This document shows positions 1 to 7,775 of a DNA stretch of 64,000 nt, piece after piece (the first letter of the stretch is position 1; each line of letters begins with the position of its first letter). The notes beneath the pieces are model-generated. The model was not told the DNA's origin. It did not search any database and worked only from the letters and a program-made list of their open reading frames with translations. Where the stretch lies: NCBI GenBank assembly GCA_900551445.1, contig URWA01000001.1, positions 69,141-133,140 of the forward strand. The letters run 5' to 3'. A program made the translations under genes and the position numbers. This DNA is from an uncultured Bacteroides sp. Its GTDB lineage: Bacteria > Bacteroidota > Bacteroidia > Bacteroidales > Bacteroidaceae.

Positions 1-350
1 TCTCCCACTCCCTTCAAGGCTCTCACCTCTTCATACGTCGTAGGAAAACAACCTTTTTCCGCAATCATTTTGGCCGCCGTATGCAGGTTGCGGGCACGGG
101 AATAATACCCCAGCCCCTGCCAACATTTCATTACCTCATCTTCCGGAGCACGAGCCAACGTGTTCACATCCGGAAAATGTGCCATGAAACGGCAGTAGTA
201 GTCATATCCCTGTACGACCCGGGTCTGCTGAAGAATGATTTCCGATATCCATATTTTATAGGGATCTTTTGTGTCCCTCCAAGGTAAATCCCGTTTGTTT
301 TCCTTGTACCAATCTATTATCTTATCTGCAAAAAAACTCATCCGCTGCAT
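1..350 (-). CDS. mutY: A/G-specific adenine glycosylase MutY, 5' part (runs off window start; ATG at 350 or 341)
   Basis: Manual translation of the minus strand: MQRMSFFADKIIDWYKENKRDLPWRDTKDPYKIWISEIILQQTRVVQG...WQGLGYYSRARNLH...LKGVG, the MutY N-terminal and HhH motifs. Absent from the ORF track because it is truncated. Confidence 0.95.
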   Translation of the reverse strand, partial: MQRMSFFADKIIDWYKENKRDLPWRDTKDPYKIWISEIILQQTRVVQGYDYYCRFMAHFPDVNTLARAPEDEVMKCWQGLGYYSRARNLHTAAKMIAEKGCFPTTYEEVRALKGVG

Positions 351-493
351 ATTTGCCTGCAAAAATAATATATTTCCCCGACATACACAGCAAACGGTCC
401 CAGACTGCCTTCAAAAAGGAATAAAACCCTCAAAAAGCACGACTTTTCAAAAAAAATATTCCCGATATATTTCCAAAAGAAACAGAAAAGCTA

Positions 494-501
494 TATATTT
501 G
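494..501 (+). promoter_or_regulatory. Bacteroidota primary-sigma -7 element TATATTTG for hup-bS22-rng
   Basis: Matches TAnnTTTG about 45 nt upstream of the hup ATG. Confidence 0.65.
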
Positions 502-546
502 CAGTCCAAAAAATTAAGATAACGTATAACAATAATTATTAGCGAA

Positions 547-822
547 ATGACTAAAGCAGATATTGTAAACGAAATTGCCAAAAACACAGGAATTGACAAG
601 GCAACAGTATTGGCAACCCTTGAGGCGTTCATGGGATCAGTTAAAGAATCTTTGTCGAAAGATGAAAATGTCTATCTCCGCGGTTTCGGTAGTTTCATTG
701 TGAAGAAAAGAGCGCAGAAGACTGCTCGTAACATTTCTAAAAATACAACTATCATCATCCCGGAACACAACATTCCGGCATTCAAACCTGCAAAAACATT
801 TACTCTATCAGTAAAAAAATAA
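547..822 (+). CDS. hup: HU/IHF-family histone-like DNA-binding protein
   Basis: MTKADIV...VYLRGFGSF...ARNISKNTTIIIPEHNIPAFKP. Confidence 0.95.
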   Translation: MTKADIVNEIAKNTGIDKATVLATLEAFMGSVKESLSKDENVYLRGFGSFIVKKRAQKTARNISKNTTIIIPEHNIPAFKPAKTFTLSVKK

Positions 823-858
823 TTAACTTTTAGTATTAACCCATAAAATTTTGAAGCT

Positions 859-951
859 ATGCCAAGCGGAAAGAAAAGAAAAAGACATAAAATGTCTACT
901 CACAAACGTAAAAAAAGACTGAGAAAGAACAGACATAAAAGCAAAAAATAA
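859..951 (+). CDS. 30S ribosomal protein bS22 (AURKAIP1/COX24-like), 30 aa
   Basis: MPSGKKRKRHKMSTHKRKKRLRKNRHKSKK, a recognisable Bacteroidota bS22 sequence; below the ORF-track cutoff. Confidence 0.9.
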   Translation: MPSGKKRKRHKMSTHKRKKRLRKNRHKSKK

Positions 952-974
952 TTGTTAGTCTGTCCGACTTCAAT

Positions 975-1024
975 AAAGAACAAACTTGCAAAGCTAAACA
1001 AAGTCTTTCAGGTTTGTTCTTTGT
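975..1024 (+). terminator. Hairpin/intrinsic terminator between bS22 and rng
   Basis: AAAGAACAAACTTG...CAGGTTTGTTCTTT inverted repeat ending in a T-rich tail. Confidence 0.6.
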
Positions 1025-1065
1025 GTAATTAGCAACCTATTAAGAACAAAAAACCAAGCAAAAAA

Positions 1066-2640
1066 GTGACAAGCGAATTAGTAGTAGACGTACAGCCCAA
1101 GGAGATTTCTATCGCTCTCATGGAAGATAAGAACTTGGTAGAATTCCAAAAGGAAGAACGGAACCTTTCGTTCTCTGTCGGCAACATGTACGTAGGAAAA
1201 GTCCGGAAACTCATGCCCGGTCTCAACGCCTGCTTCGTAGATGTAGGTTTTGAGAAAGACGCTTTTCTTCACTATTTAGACTTGGGACCACAATTTCATT
1301 CTTACCAGAAATACCTCAAGCAAGTCATCAGTGACCGGAAAAAACTCTATCCCATGTCGAAAGCCTCCATGCTTCCCGACATTGACAAGGACGGAACAAT
1401 CTCCAGCGTACTCCAGCAAGGACAAGAGGTCATCGTACAGATTGTCAAGGAGCCCATTTCCACGAAAGGGCCGCGCCTGACCTGTGAGTTGTCGTTCGCC
1501 GGACGCTATCTGGTACTGATTCCTTTCAATGACAAGGTATCCGTCTCACAAAAAATTAAATCCAGCGAGGAAAGAGCTCGCCTCAAACAGCTGCTGCAGA
1601 GCATCAAGCCCAAGAATTTCGGAGTAATTGTACGCACCGTGGCCGAAGGCAAGCGAGTGGCAGAGCTGGATGCGGAACTGAAAGTCTTGCTGAAACATTG
1701 GGAAGAAACCATCACGAAGGTACAGAAGGCCACCAAACTGCCCTCATTGGTTTATGAGGAGACAAGCCGCACCGTAGCCATGCTGCGCGACTTGTTCAAC
1801 CCGTCGTACGAAAATATTTACGTAAACGACGAAACCGTTTATAACGAAGTAAAAGATTATGTGGCGCTCATTGCACCCGAACGGGCAGGCATCGTGAAGC
1901 GCTACACCGGCCAGCTTCCTATTTTCGATAATTTCGGCATCACCAAGCAAATCAAGTCCTCTTTCGGGAAAACCGTTTCCTACAAAAGTGGGGCTTACCT
2001 GATTATCGAACATACCGAAGCACTCCACGTGGTGGATGTAAACAGTGGAAACCGTTCCAAATCGACCAACGGACAAGAGGCAAACGCACTCGACGTGAAC
2101 CTGGGCGCAGCTGATGAGTTGGCACGCCAGCTCCGATTGAGAGATATGGGCGGAATCATTGTGGTGGACTTCATTGATATGAACCTGGCAGAAAACCGGC
2201 AAAAACTTTATGAACGCATGTGCCAGAACATGCAGAAAGACCGGGCCAAACACAACATCCTTCCTCTGAGCAAATTCGGACTGATGCAAATCACGCGCCA
2301 GCGGGTCCGTCCGGCAATGGATGTAACTACCGATGAAGACTGCCCTGTTTGTTTCGGAAAGGGGAAAATCAAACCTTCCATCCTGTTTACCGATACCCTG
2401 GAAAGTAAGATTGACTACTTGGTCAACAAGTTGAAAGTGAAGAAATTTACCTTACACATTCATCCTTACGTGGCTGCCTATGTGAACCAGGGATTCATGT
2501 CCCTGAAACGCAAATGGCAGATGAAGTATGGATTCGGCATCAAAATCGTTCCCAACCAGAACCTGGCTTTTTTACAGTATAAATTCTTTGACGTACACAA
2601 CCAGGAAATGGACATGAAGGAAGAATTCGAAATCAAATAA
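1066..2640 (+). CDS. rng: Ribonuclease E/G family (Rne/Rng)
   Basis: S1 domain (GNMYVGKV...AFLH), KEPISTKGPRLT, VVDVNSG, GGIIVVDFIDM, CPVCFGKG zinc link. Confidence 0.95.
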   Translation: MTSELVVDVQPKEISIALMEDKNLVEFQKEERNLSFSVGNMYVGKVRKLMPGLNACFVDVGFEKDAFLHYLDLGPQFHSYQKYLKQVISDRKKLYPMSKASMLPDIDKDGTISSVLQQGQEVIVQIVKEPISTKGPRLTCELSFAGRYLVLIPFNDKVSVSQKIKSSEERARLKQLLQSIKPKNFGVIVRTVAEGKRVAELDAELKVLLKHWEETITKVQKATKLPSLVYEETSRTVAMLRDLFNPSYENIYVNDETVYNEVKDYVALIAPERAGIVKRYTGQLPIFDNFGITKQIKSSFGKTVSYKSGAYLIIEHTEALHVVDVNSGNRSKSTNGQEANALDVNLGAADELARQLRLRDMGGIIVVDFIDMNLAENRQKLYERMCQNMQKDRAKHNILPLSKFGLMQITRQRVRPAMDVTTDEDCPVCFGKGKIKPSILFTDTLESKIDYLVNKLKVKKFTLHIHPYVAAYVNQGFMSLKRKWQMKYGFGIKIVPNQNLAFLQYKFFDVHNQEMDMKEEFEIK

Positions 2641-2644
2641 CAGG

Positions 2645-2682
2645 AAAAGGCCGTCACCTGAGAAATGGAGACGGCCTTTTTT
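2645..2682 (+). terminator. Rho-independent terminator of rng
   Basis: AAAAGGCCGTC...GACGGCCTTTTTT. Confidence 0.85.
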
Positions 2683-2723
2683 GTATCCCTGCCTGTCTTT
2701 ATCCAAAAACGCTTTGATCCATA

Positions 2724-2815
2724 TACCTCGTCACGTTCGTGTCAAGCTCTCCGCACGTTCGTGTCAAGACCTCGTCACGTTCGTGTCAAGACCTACGCAC
2801 GAACGTGACGAGGTA
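2724..2815. repeat. Intergenic array of four 22-nt units with perfect 18-bp terminal inverted repeats
   Basis: Units ACCTCGTCACGTTCGTGTCAAG / CTCTCCGCACGTTCGTGTCAAG / ACCTCGTCACGTTCGTGTCAAG / ACCTACGCACGAACGTGACGAG; ends TACCTCGTCACGTTCGTG and CACGAACGTGACGAGGTA. Confidence 0.9.
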
Positions 2816-2969
2816 ATTTCATGCCTGCGCTTGACATTCTTTCCCCAATCATCCTAGAGAAAACACAGAGAAGTCCAATCATCCTTCAACCGTTTTACAG
2901 AGAATATCCTTGCCCCTTTTCCTCTTTTTTTATTATCTTTGCGAGCAGATATCATTTTAATGTGAAAAC

Positions 2970-4568
2970 ATGAAAATAAGTAACATTTTATTCTTTATTG
3001 GGATTACTTTTTCCCAGCTTGCTTTTGCGCAGCAGACTTTGCCGCGCGATCCGGATTGCTGCACCAGCATCATGGTGGGGAAACTGGCCTCAACCGACGG
3101 CTCTGTCATGACGAGCCATACTTGCGACAGCTGGTATCGTACGTGGGTGAACGTAGTACTGGCAGCAGATTTTGCCAACGACACGGTAATGAACATTTAC
3201 GACGGACGCATGCACACGGAATCGGTCAACGACCAGACCAACCTGACCGTAAAAGGGCAGATTCCACAAGCCAAGCATACCTACGCTTTTCTGGATACGG
3301 CCTATCCGTGCCTGAACGAGAAGCAACTGGCCATGGGGGAAACGACCATCAGCGGACGGGATACCTTACGAAATTCCAAAGGGATGTTCATGATTGAAGA
3401 ACTGGCCCGCGTGGCATTGCAACGCTGCACCACGGCCCGTGAGGCCATTCAGCTCATGGGCAGGCTGGTGAAGGAGTACGGCTATGGCGATTCGGGCGAA
3501 TGTCTGACCATTGCCGACCCGAAGGAAGTATGGCATTTTGAAATCTTTGGCGAAGGTCCCGACCAGGTTGGTGGTGTATGGGCTGCCGTCCGTATTCCCG
3601 ATGACGAAGTAGGAGTTTCGGCCAACATCTCCCGTATCAGCACACTCAACCTGAAAGATACAGACCATTACATGGCCTCGGAAAACGTGTTCAGCGTGGC
3701 TAAGAAACTCAAGCTGTGGGACGGAAAGGAACCGTTCAAGTTCTGGAAAGCCTACGGAGGCCCGAACTATTTCGGAAAGATGCAGGCATTCAGTATCCGG
3801 GAATTCTTTATCCTAAGCACCCTGGCTCCTTCACTCAAGCTCAGCATGGACGATGAGGAACTGCCCCTGAGCGTAAAGCCGGAAAAGAAAATCAGCAATG
3901 CCGACGTAATGGCCTACCTGCGACAGACGTACGAAGGTACGGAATGGAGCGTAACAAAGAATCTGAAAGTGGCAGTCAAGGACCGGAAGACCGGAAAAAC
4001 CGACACCATCACCAGCCCGCGCGCCAACCCGTGGATGCGTACCGATGAAGTCCAGCTGTACAATGCCCTCCAGAAGGGAAGTGTCACGGCCAACCGGAAC
4101 GTAGCTGTTCCGCAATGTGCCTACTCCACCGTCATCCAGTTGCGCAGCTGGCTCCCGGATGCCGTGGGAGGAGTCTGCTGGTTTGCCATGGACAACCCCG
4201 GACAGAGTCCGCGCGTGCCCATCTTCTGCGGAACGACCGACCTGCCTGACATGTTCAAAATCTGTGGGAACCACCGCTACCGTCTGGATGCCGCCCTGTG
4301 GCATTACCGCCAGGCTAACAAGCTGGCCACGGTGAGATGGGGAAACGCCCGCAAAATCATGGAAAAGAACCAGATGCACTTTGAGCGGAAAGGTCTGGAA
4401 GAACTGCCGATGGTGGAACAACGCTATGCGGAACTGGTCAAGAGCCAGGGAGAGGATGCTGCCAAGGCTTATCTGACTGACTACACAAAAGATTTCATCG
4501 GGGCCACCCTGCTCCGTTGGGACGAAATGACCGCCAAATACTGGAACGACTATCGTTTCGGATTCTGA
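2970..4568 (+). CDS. Secreted C69-family dipeptidase (Ntn-hydrolase)
   Basis: Signal peptide, then CTSIMVGK...DGS; CLNEKQLAMGETT; YGYGDSGECLTIADPKEVW; -7 element TATCTTTG at 2934-2941. Confidence 0.88.
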   Translation: MKISNILFFIGITFSQLAFAQQTLPRDPDCCTSIMVGKLASTDGSVMTSHTCDSWYRTWVNVVLAADFANDTVMNIYDGRMHTESVNDQTNLTVKGQIPQAKHTYAFLDTAYPCLNEKQLAMGETTISGRDTLRNSKGMFMIEELARVALQRCTTAREAIQLMGRLVKEYGYGDSGECLTIADPKEVWHFEIFGEGPDQVGGVWAAVRIPDDEVGVSANISRISTLNLKDTDHYMASENVFSVAKKLKLWDGKEPFKFWKAYGGPNYFGKMQAFSIREFFILSTLAPSLKLSMDDEELPLSVKPEKKISNADVMAYLRQTYEGTEWSVTKNLKVAVKDRKTGKTDTITSPRANPWMRTDEVQLYNALQKGSVTANRNVAVPQCAYSTVIQLRSWLPDAVGGVCWFAMDNPGQSPRVPIFCGTTDLPDMFKICGNHRYRLDAALWHYRQANKLATVRWGNARKIMEKNQMHFERKGLEELPMVEQRYAELVKSQGEDAAKAYLTDYTKDFIGATLLRWDEMTAKYWNDYRFGF

Positions 4569-4607
4569 TTCCTTTTTATACACACGTAAAAAAACACATA
4601 GAAAAAT

Positions 4608-5795
4608 ATGAAAGCAATTACATTTATCTCTGCCCTACTGCTCGCTTCGGCCACACTTCAGGCACAGCCCAAGGCCGAAGGCTACCAATTTACTACCGTT
4701 GTCAACCAGAAAGTGACTCCGGTCAAGAATCAGGCGGCCACCGGTACCTGCTGGTGCTTTGCCACTACATCCTTCATCGAAGCTGAACTCCTCCGTCAGG
4801 GAAAAGGTGAATTCGACCTCTCGGAAATGTACATCGTCCGCCAAAAATACATGAACCAGTTGAAGGACAATTACCTGCGTCACGGAAAAGGTAATATCGG
4901 TCAGGGAAGTATCTCTCCCAGCTGGTTTACCGCCTTCAAGCAGGTAGGTATCGTGCCGGAAAAAGTGTACAGCGGCATCAACTATAATTCTCCTACCCAC
5001 AACCACAAGGAACTGGCCTCTTATATGGAAGTCATTGCCGAAAAGGCCATCCAGTTGCGCCAGCACAGCCCGGAATACGACAAGCTGATCAAGAGCCTGT
5101 TTGACATCTACATGGGCGAACTGCCAGAGAAATTCACCTATAAAGGTAAGGAATATACTCCCCAATCCTTTGCACAGAGTCTGGGCATCCATCCGGAAGA
5201 CTATGTCATGCTGACCAGCTTCACCCACCAGCCCTACTATCAGGCGTTTGAACTGGAGATTCCGGACAACTGGGAGCATGCCAAGATGTACAACCTGCCG
5301 CTCGACGAGATGATGCAGGCTGCCGACCATGCCCTGGAAAACGGATATACCGTCTGCTGGGACGGAGATGTCAGCGAAAAGGGATTCTCCTTCAAGCACG
5401 GAGTGGCCATCAATCCGGCCATAGAAAGTACCGGCGACCTGAAAGACACCGACTTTGCCCGCTGGCAAAGCATGGATGCCAAAGAGAGACTGGATGAAGC
5501 CTTCAAGTTTGCATATCCGTGTCCGGAAGTGAAAGTGACACCCGAAATCCGCCAGAAAGGATACGAGGCCTTTGTCACCACCGACGACCATCTGATGCAC
5601 CTCACCGGCATTGCCAAGGACCAGAACGGTACGAAGTACTACATCACCAAGAATTCCTGGGGTACCGACCGGAACGATTTCGGAGGCTACCTGAACATGT
5701 CGGAAAGCTATGTGCGTGCCAAAACCATCTATATTCTTCTGCACAAGGATGCCTTGACCAAGGAACTGAAGAAAAAACTGGGACTGAACGAATAA
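4608..5795 (+). CDS. pepC: Secreted C1B-family aminopeptidase C (bleomycin hydrolase-like)
   Basis: QAATGTCWCF (Gln/Cys), TDDHLM (His), KNSWG (Asn); signal peptide. Confidence 0.9.
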   Translation: MKAITFISALLLASATLQAQPKAEGYQFTTVVNQKVTPVKNQAATGTCWCFATTSFIEAELLRQGKGEFDLSEMYIVRQKYMNQLKDNYLRHGKGNIGQGSISPSWFTAFKQVGIVPEKVYSGINYNSPTHNHKELASYMEVIAEKAIQLRQHSPEYDKLIKSLFDIYMGELPEKFTYKGKEYTPQSFAQSLGIHPEDYVMLTSFTHQPYYQAFELEIPDNWEHAKMYNLPLDEMMQAADHALENGYTVCWDGDVSEKGFSFKHGVAINPAIESTGDLKDTDFARWQSMDAKERLDEAFKFAYPCPEVKVTPEIRQKGYEAFVTTDDHLMHLTGIAKDQNGTKYYITKNSWGTDRNDFGGYLNMSESYVRAKTIYILLHKDALTKELKKKLGLNE

Positions 5796-5828
5796 AACCT
5801 GGCTGAAAAACAACCTGGTTGCCAAAAT

Positions 5829-5873
5829 GGATGCTTATCTTTGCAGCAAGTCACAAGATAAGCATCCTTTTTT
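5829..5873 (+). terminator. Terminator of the peptidase operon overlapping the -7 promoter (5836-5843) of the Fur-family gene
   Basis: Perfect 13-bp stem GGATGCTTATCTT/AAGATAAGCATCC plus T6; TATCTTTG lies in the 5' arm. Confidence 0.7.
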
Positions 5874-6302
5874 ATGAAAACAGAAGACTATGCCACAATC
5901 CTGGAGACAGCCGGCATCCGCCCTACCTCCACCCGACTGCTCATCTATGAGGCCATTGCCGCCCAAACCGACACATTCAGTCTGGGCACGCTGGAAAAGC
6001 AGCTCGACAGCATCGACAAATCGGTCATTTTCCGCACCCTCGTCCTTTTCCACGAACATCATCTCATCCACAGCGTGGACGACGGAAGCGGTTCACACAA
6101 ATATTGCATCTGCCACAACCACGGCCAGTGCAGCGAAGACGAAGAACACTGCCACTTCTATTGTGAGGTATGCCACAATACCTATTGCCTGAACCAGGAT
6201 CTCATTCCCCACATCAATCTTCCTGAAGGGTTCATTGCCCGGAAAGTCAACTACATCGTGAAAGGCGTATGCGCCCAATGTGCCGCCAAACATCGGAAAT
6301 AG
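5874..6302 (+). CDS. Fur/Zur-family metal-responsive transcriptional regulator
   Basis: GIRPTSTRLLI, DKSVIFRTL, HCHFYCEVC, KGVCAQC zinc motifs. Confidence 0.9.
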   Translation: MKTEDYATILETAGIRPTSTRLLIYEAIAAQTDTFSLGTLEKQLDSIDKSVIFRTLVLFHEHHLIHSVDDGSGSHKYCICHNHGQCSEDEEHCHFYCEVCHNTYCLNQDLIPHINLPEGFIARKVNYIVKGVCAQCAAKHRK

Positions 6303-6310
6303 GTGTTTTT

Positions 6311-6324
6311 TTGACTTACATCAA
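6311..6324. promoter_or_regulatory. FNR/CRP-type palindrome TTGAC-TTAC-ATCAA (micro-gene locus A)
   Basis: One mismatch to TTGAT-N4-ATCAA; nearly identical to 21515-21528. Confidence 0.6.
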
Positions 6325-6348
6325 TAAAACATACCCTTTCTCCATTTT

Positions 6349-6364
6349 TATGTTGTAAAGCATA
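6349..6364. promoter_or_regulatory. Cur (BT4338)-type box TATGTTGTAAAGCATA (locus A)
   Basis: One mismatch to the consensus TATGTTnTAnAACATA as I recall it; AT-rich flanks; 20 nt before the -7 element. Confidence 0.7.
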
Positions 6365-6384
6365 TATCTTATACAAAAAAGCCC

Positions 6385-6392
6385 TATCTTTG
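6385..6392 (+). promoter_or_regulatory. -7 element TATCTTTG (locus A; TSS predicted near 6397-6399)
   Basis: TAnnTTTG followed by CAGCGTAAT, matching CAGTGTAAT at locus B. Confidence 0.75.
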
Positions 6393-6547
6393 CAGCGTAA
6401 TCAAGAACGGAAGTTCAATGATTGACAAAGTAGAAAGATTGTTTTTTTAGATTATAAGATTGTTTTCAACCTCGTCGGGAGACGACGTTTTCAGATTTAG
6501 ATTAAAAGGTATTAAAGTTTTATTCATTAAAAAGAAAGGGTAACAAC

Positions 6548-6625
6548 ATGAAAACGATGAAAAATTTCATTCAGAAGATCTTCAAGGGAGATCCGATGAT
6601 TTGGGGTTACGTAATGCTCAGCTAA
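6548..6625 (+). CDS. Unannotated 25-aa peptide MKTMKNFIQKIFKGDPMIWGYVMLS (paralog A)
   Basis: Paralog at 21776-21871 has identical residues 15-25 with synonymous codon differences; upstream GAAAGGGTAACA; own promoter and terminator. Confidence 0.85.
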   Translation: MKTMKNFIQKIFKGDPMIWGYVMLS

Positions 6626-6725
6626 TGAGCCAGTAACCCCTTTGCAGGCAAGGATGCCAGCACCTAAAACTGAAAGTTGTAAAGTTTACTGCATATTCTG
6701 TACCGGAATTCCCGGTATGAACTTC

Positions 6726-6763
6726 AAGATATCCTTCCGAAGTCCTCGGGAGGATATTTTTTA
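6726..6763 (+). terminator. Intrinsic terminator of locus A
   Basis: AAGATATCCTTCCGA-AGTCC-TCGGGAGGATATTTTTT. Confidence 0.8.
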
Positions 6764-6855
6764 TATGCCTGTTTTTCCCCGAATCTTTCCCGAATCCTTG
6801 CCAGTTCTAAATCTTTTCCCTAACTTTCCCGCAAATTTCTAAAACCAACACAGAA

Positions 6856-7011
6856 ATGTCATTCATCAGAGTCATTCTCTCCATTATTTTTCCGCCCCTT
6901 GCCGTCATCGACAAAGGCTGCGGATCGGTACTGATTGTCTTTATTCTCACATTGTGCGGATGGATTCCAGGAGTCATCGGTGCCCTTATTATTCTGAACA
7001 AACAAAATTAA
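6856..7011 (+). CDS. YqaE/Pmp3-family small membrane protein, 51 aa
   Basis: MSFIRVILSIIFPPLAVIDKGCGSVLIVFILTLCGWIPGVIGALIILNKQN with PPLAV and LTLxGWIPGVI signatures; not in the ORF track. Confidence 0.9.
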   Translation: MSFIRVILSIIFPPLAVIDKGCGSVLIVFILTLCGWIPGVIGALIILNKQN

Positions 7012-7043
7012 GTTTCTAATTCAATATCCTAAATACTCACACC

Positions 7044-7703
7044 ATGAAAGAATTACATGTTCCCGAAATTACCGGACAGTCCCGCGTGGCCGCCCAAGAT
7101 ATCCCAACCCTGCTCGATGCACATCAGGTAGAATTCCAACCGATTTCCTGCGTGAACTGGAAAGATTTTCCTTACTGTCCGGAAGTCGCGTTTCGCATTG
7201 CCCATACAGGCGACTTTATCCTGTTGAACTATCGCGTAAAAGAAGAAAGTGTGCGGGCCATAGCTGCTGAAGACAACGGTAGAGTTTGGGAAGACTCCTG
7301 TTGCGAATTCTTCTTCCAGCTTCCGGAAGATCAGGAAGAAAACGTATATTATAACTTTGAATGTAACTGCGGGGGAACCCTCCTCATCGGTGGCGGACGA
7401 CCGGGCGACAGACCGCACGCTCCGCAAGACATTCTCAAGCAAGTAGACCGCTGGAGTTCACTCGGAAAAGCTCCGTTTGAAGAGCATATGGAAGAATGTA
7501 ATTGGCAACTGGCTCTCTGCATTCCCAAGGAAGCCTTCTTCCGTCATCAGCTGAAAGGCTTCAAAGGACTGACCGCTTATGCCAATTTCTACAAATGCGG
7601 GGACTTGCAGCACACGCCTCACTTCCTGTCATGGAATCCCATTGACCTGCCGAAACCTTGCTTCCACTGTCCGGAGTTCTTCGGCAAGATTATATTCGAA
7701 TAA
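7044..7703 (+). CDS. Carbohydrate-binding family 9-like (DOMON-like) protein
   Basis: VWEDSCCEFF, YYNFECNCGG, ANFYKCGD...HFLSWNPI...FHCPEFFG. Confidence 0.8.
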   Translation: MKELHVPEITGQSRVAAQDIPTLLDAHQVEFQPISCVNWKDFPYCPEVAFRIAHTGDFILLNYRVKEESVRAIAAEDNGRVWEDSCCEFFFQLPEDQEENVYYNFECNCGGTLLIGGGRPGDRPHAPQDILKQVDRWSSLGKAPFEEHMEECNWQLALCIPKEAFFRHQLKGFKGLTAYANFYKCGDLQHTPHFLSWNPIDLPKPCFHCPEFFGKIIFE

Positions 7704-7723
7704 TCTCCTCCACCTATAAACAC

Positions 7724-7771
7724 GCCAGCGGCCTGCTTTCAAACATCGAGTTTTGAGAGCAGGCCGCTGGC
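7724..7771. terminator. Long GC-rich hairpin between convergent genes
   Basis: GCCAGCGGCCTGCTTTCAAA...TTTGAGAGCAGGCCGCTGGC. Confidence 0.7.
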
Positions 7772-7775
7772 CGTA

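Noticed and set aside
2724..2815. 22-nt arrays as CRISPR arrays
   Set aside because: Units are contiguous without unique spacers, too short, and there are no cas genes in the window.
4635..5825. Long antisense ORFs (4635-5825, 12330-13739, 16134-17411, 24650-25705, 54498-55886, 55998-57443 and others)
   Set aside because: Shadows of well-supported genes on the opposite strand; no recognisable motifs; expected from codon bias.
6418..6450. uORF MIDKVERLFF in leader A, and MKG at 21759-21770 in leader B
   Set aside because: Not conserved between the two loci; such short ORFs are expected by chance.
6548..6625. Peptides as RiPP/bacteriocin precursors or attenuator leader peptides
   Set aside because: No maturase, transporter or double-Gly leader. 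Locus B is followed by a convergent gene, so there is nothing downstream to attenuate. Modification in trans cannot be excluded.
6642..6842. 66-aa plus-strand ORF after peptide A
   Set aside because: TTG start, runs through the terminator, and has no counterpart at locus B.
6807..7001. 64-aa minus-strand ORF in the track
   Set aside because: Antisense to the clear YqaE/Pmp3 gene at 6856-7011.
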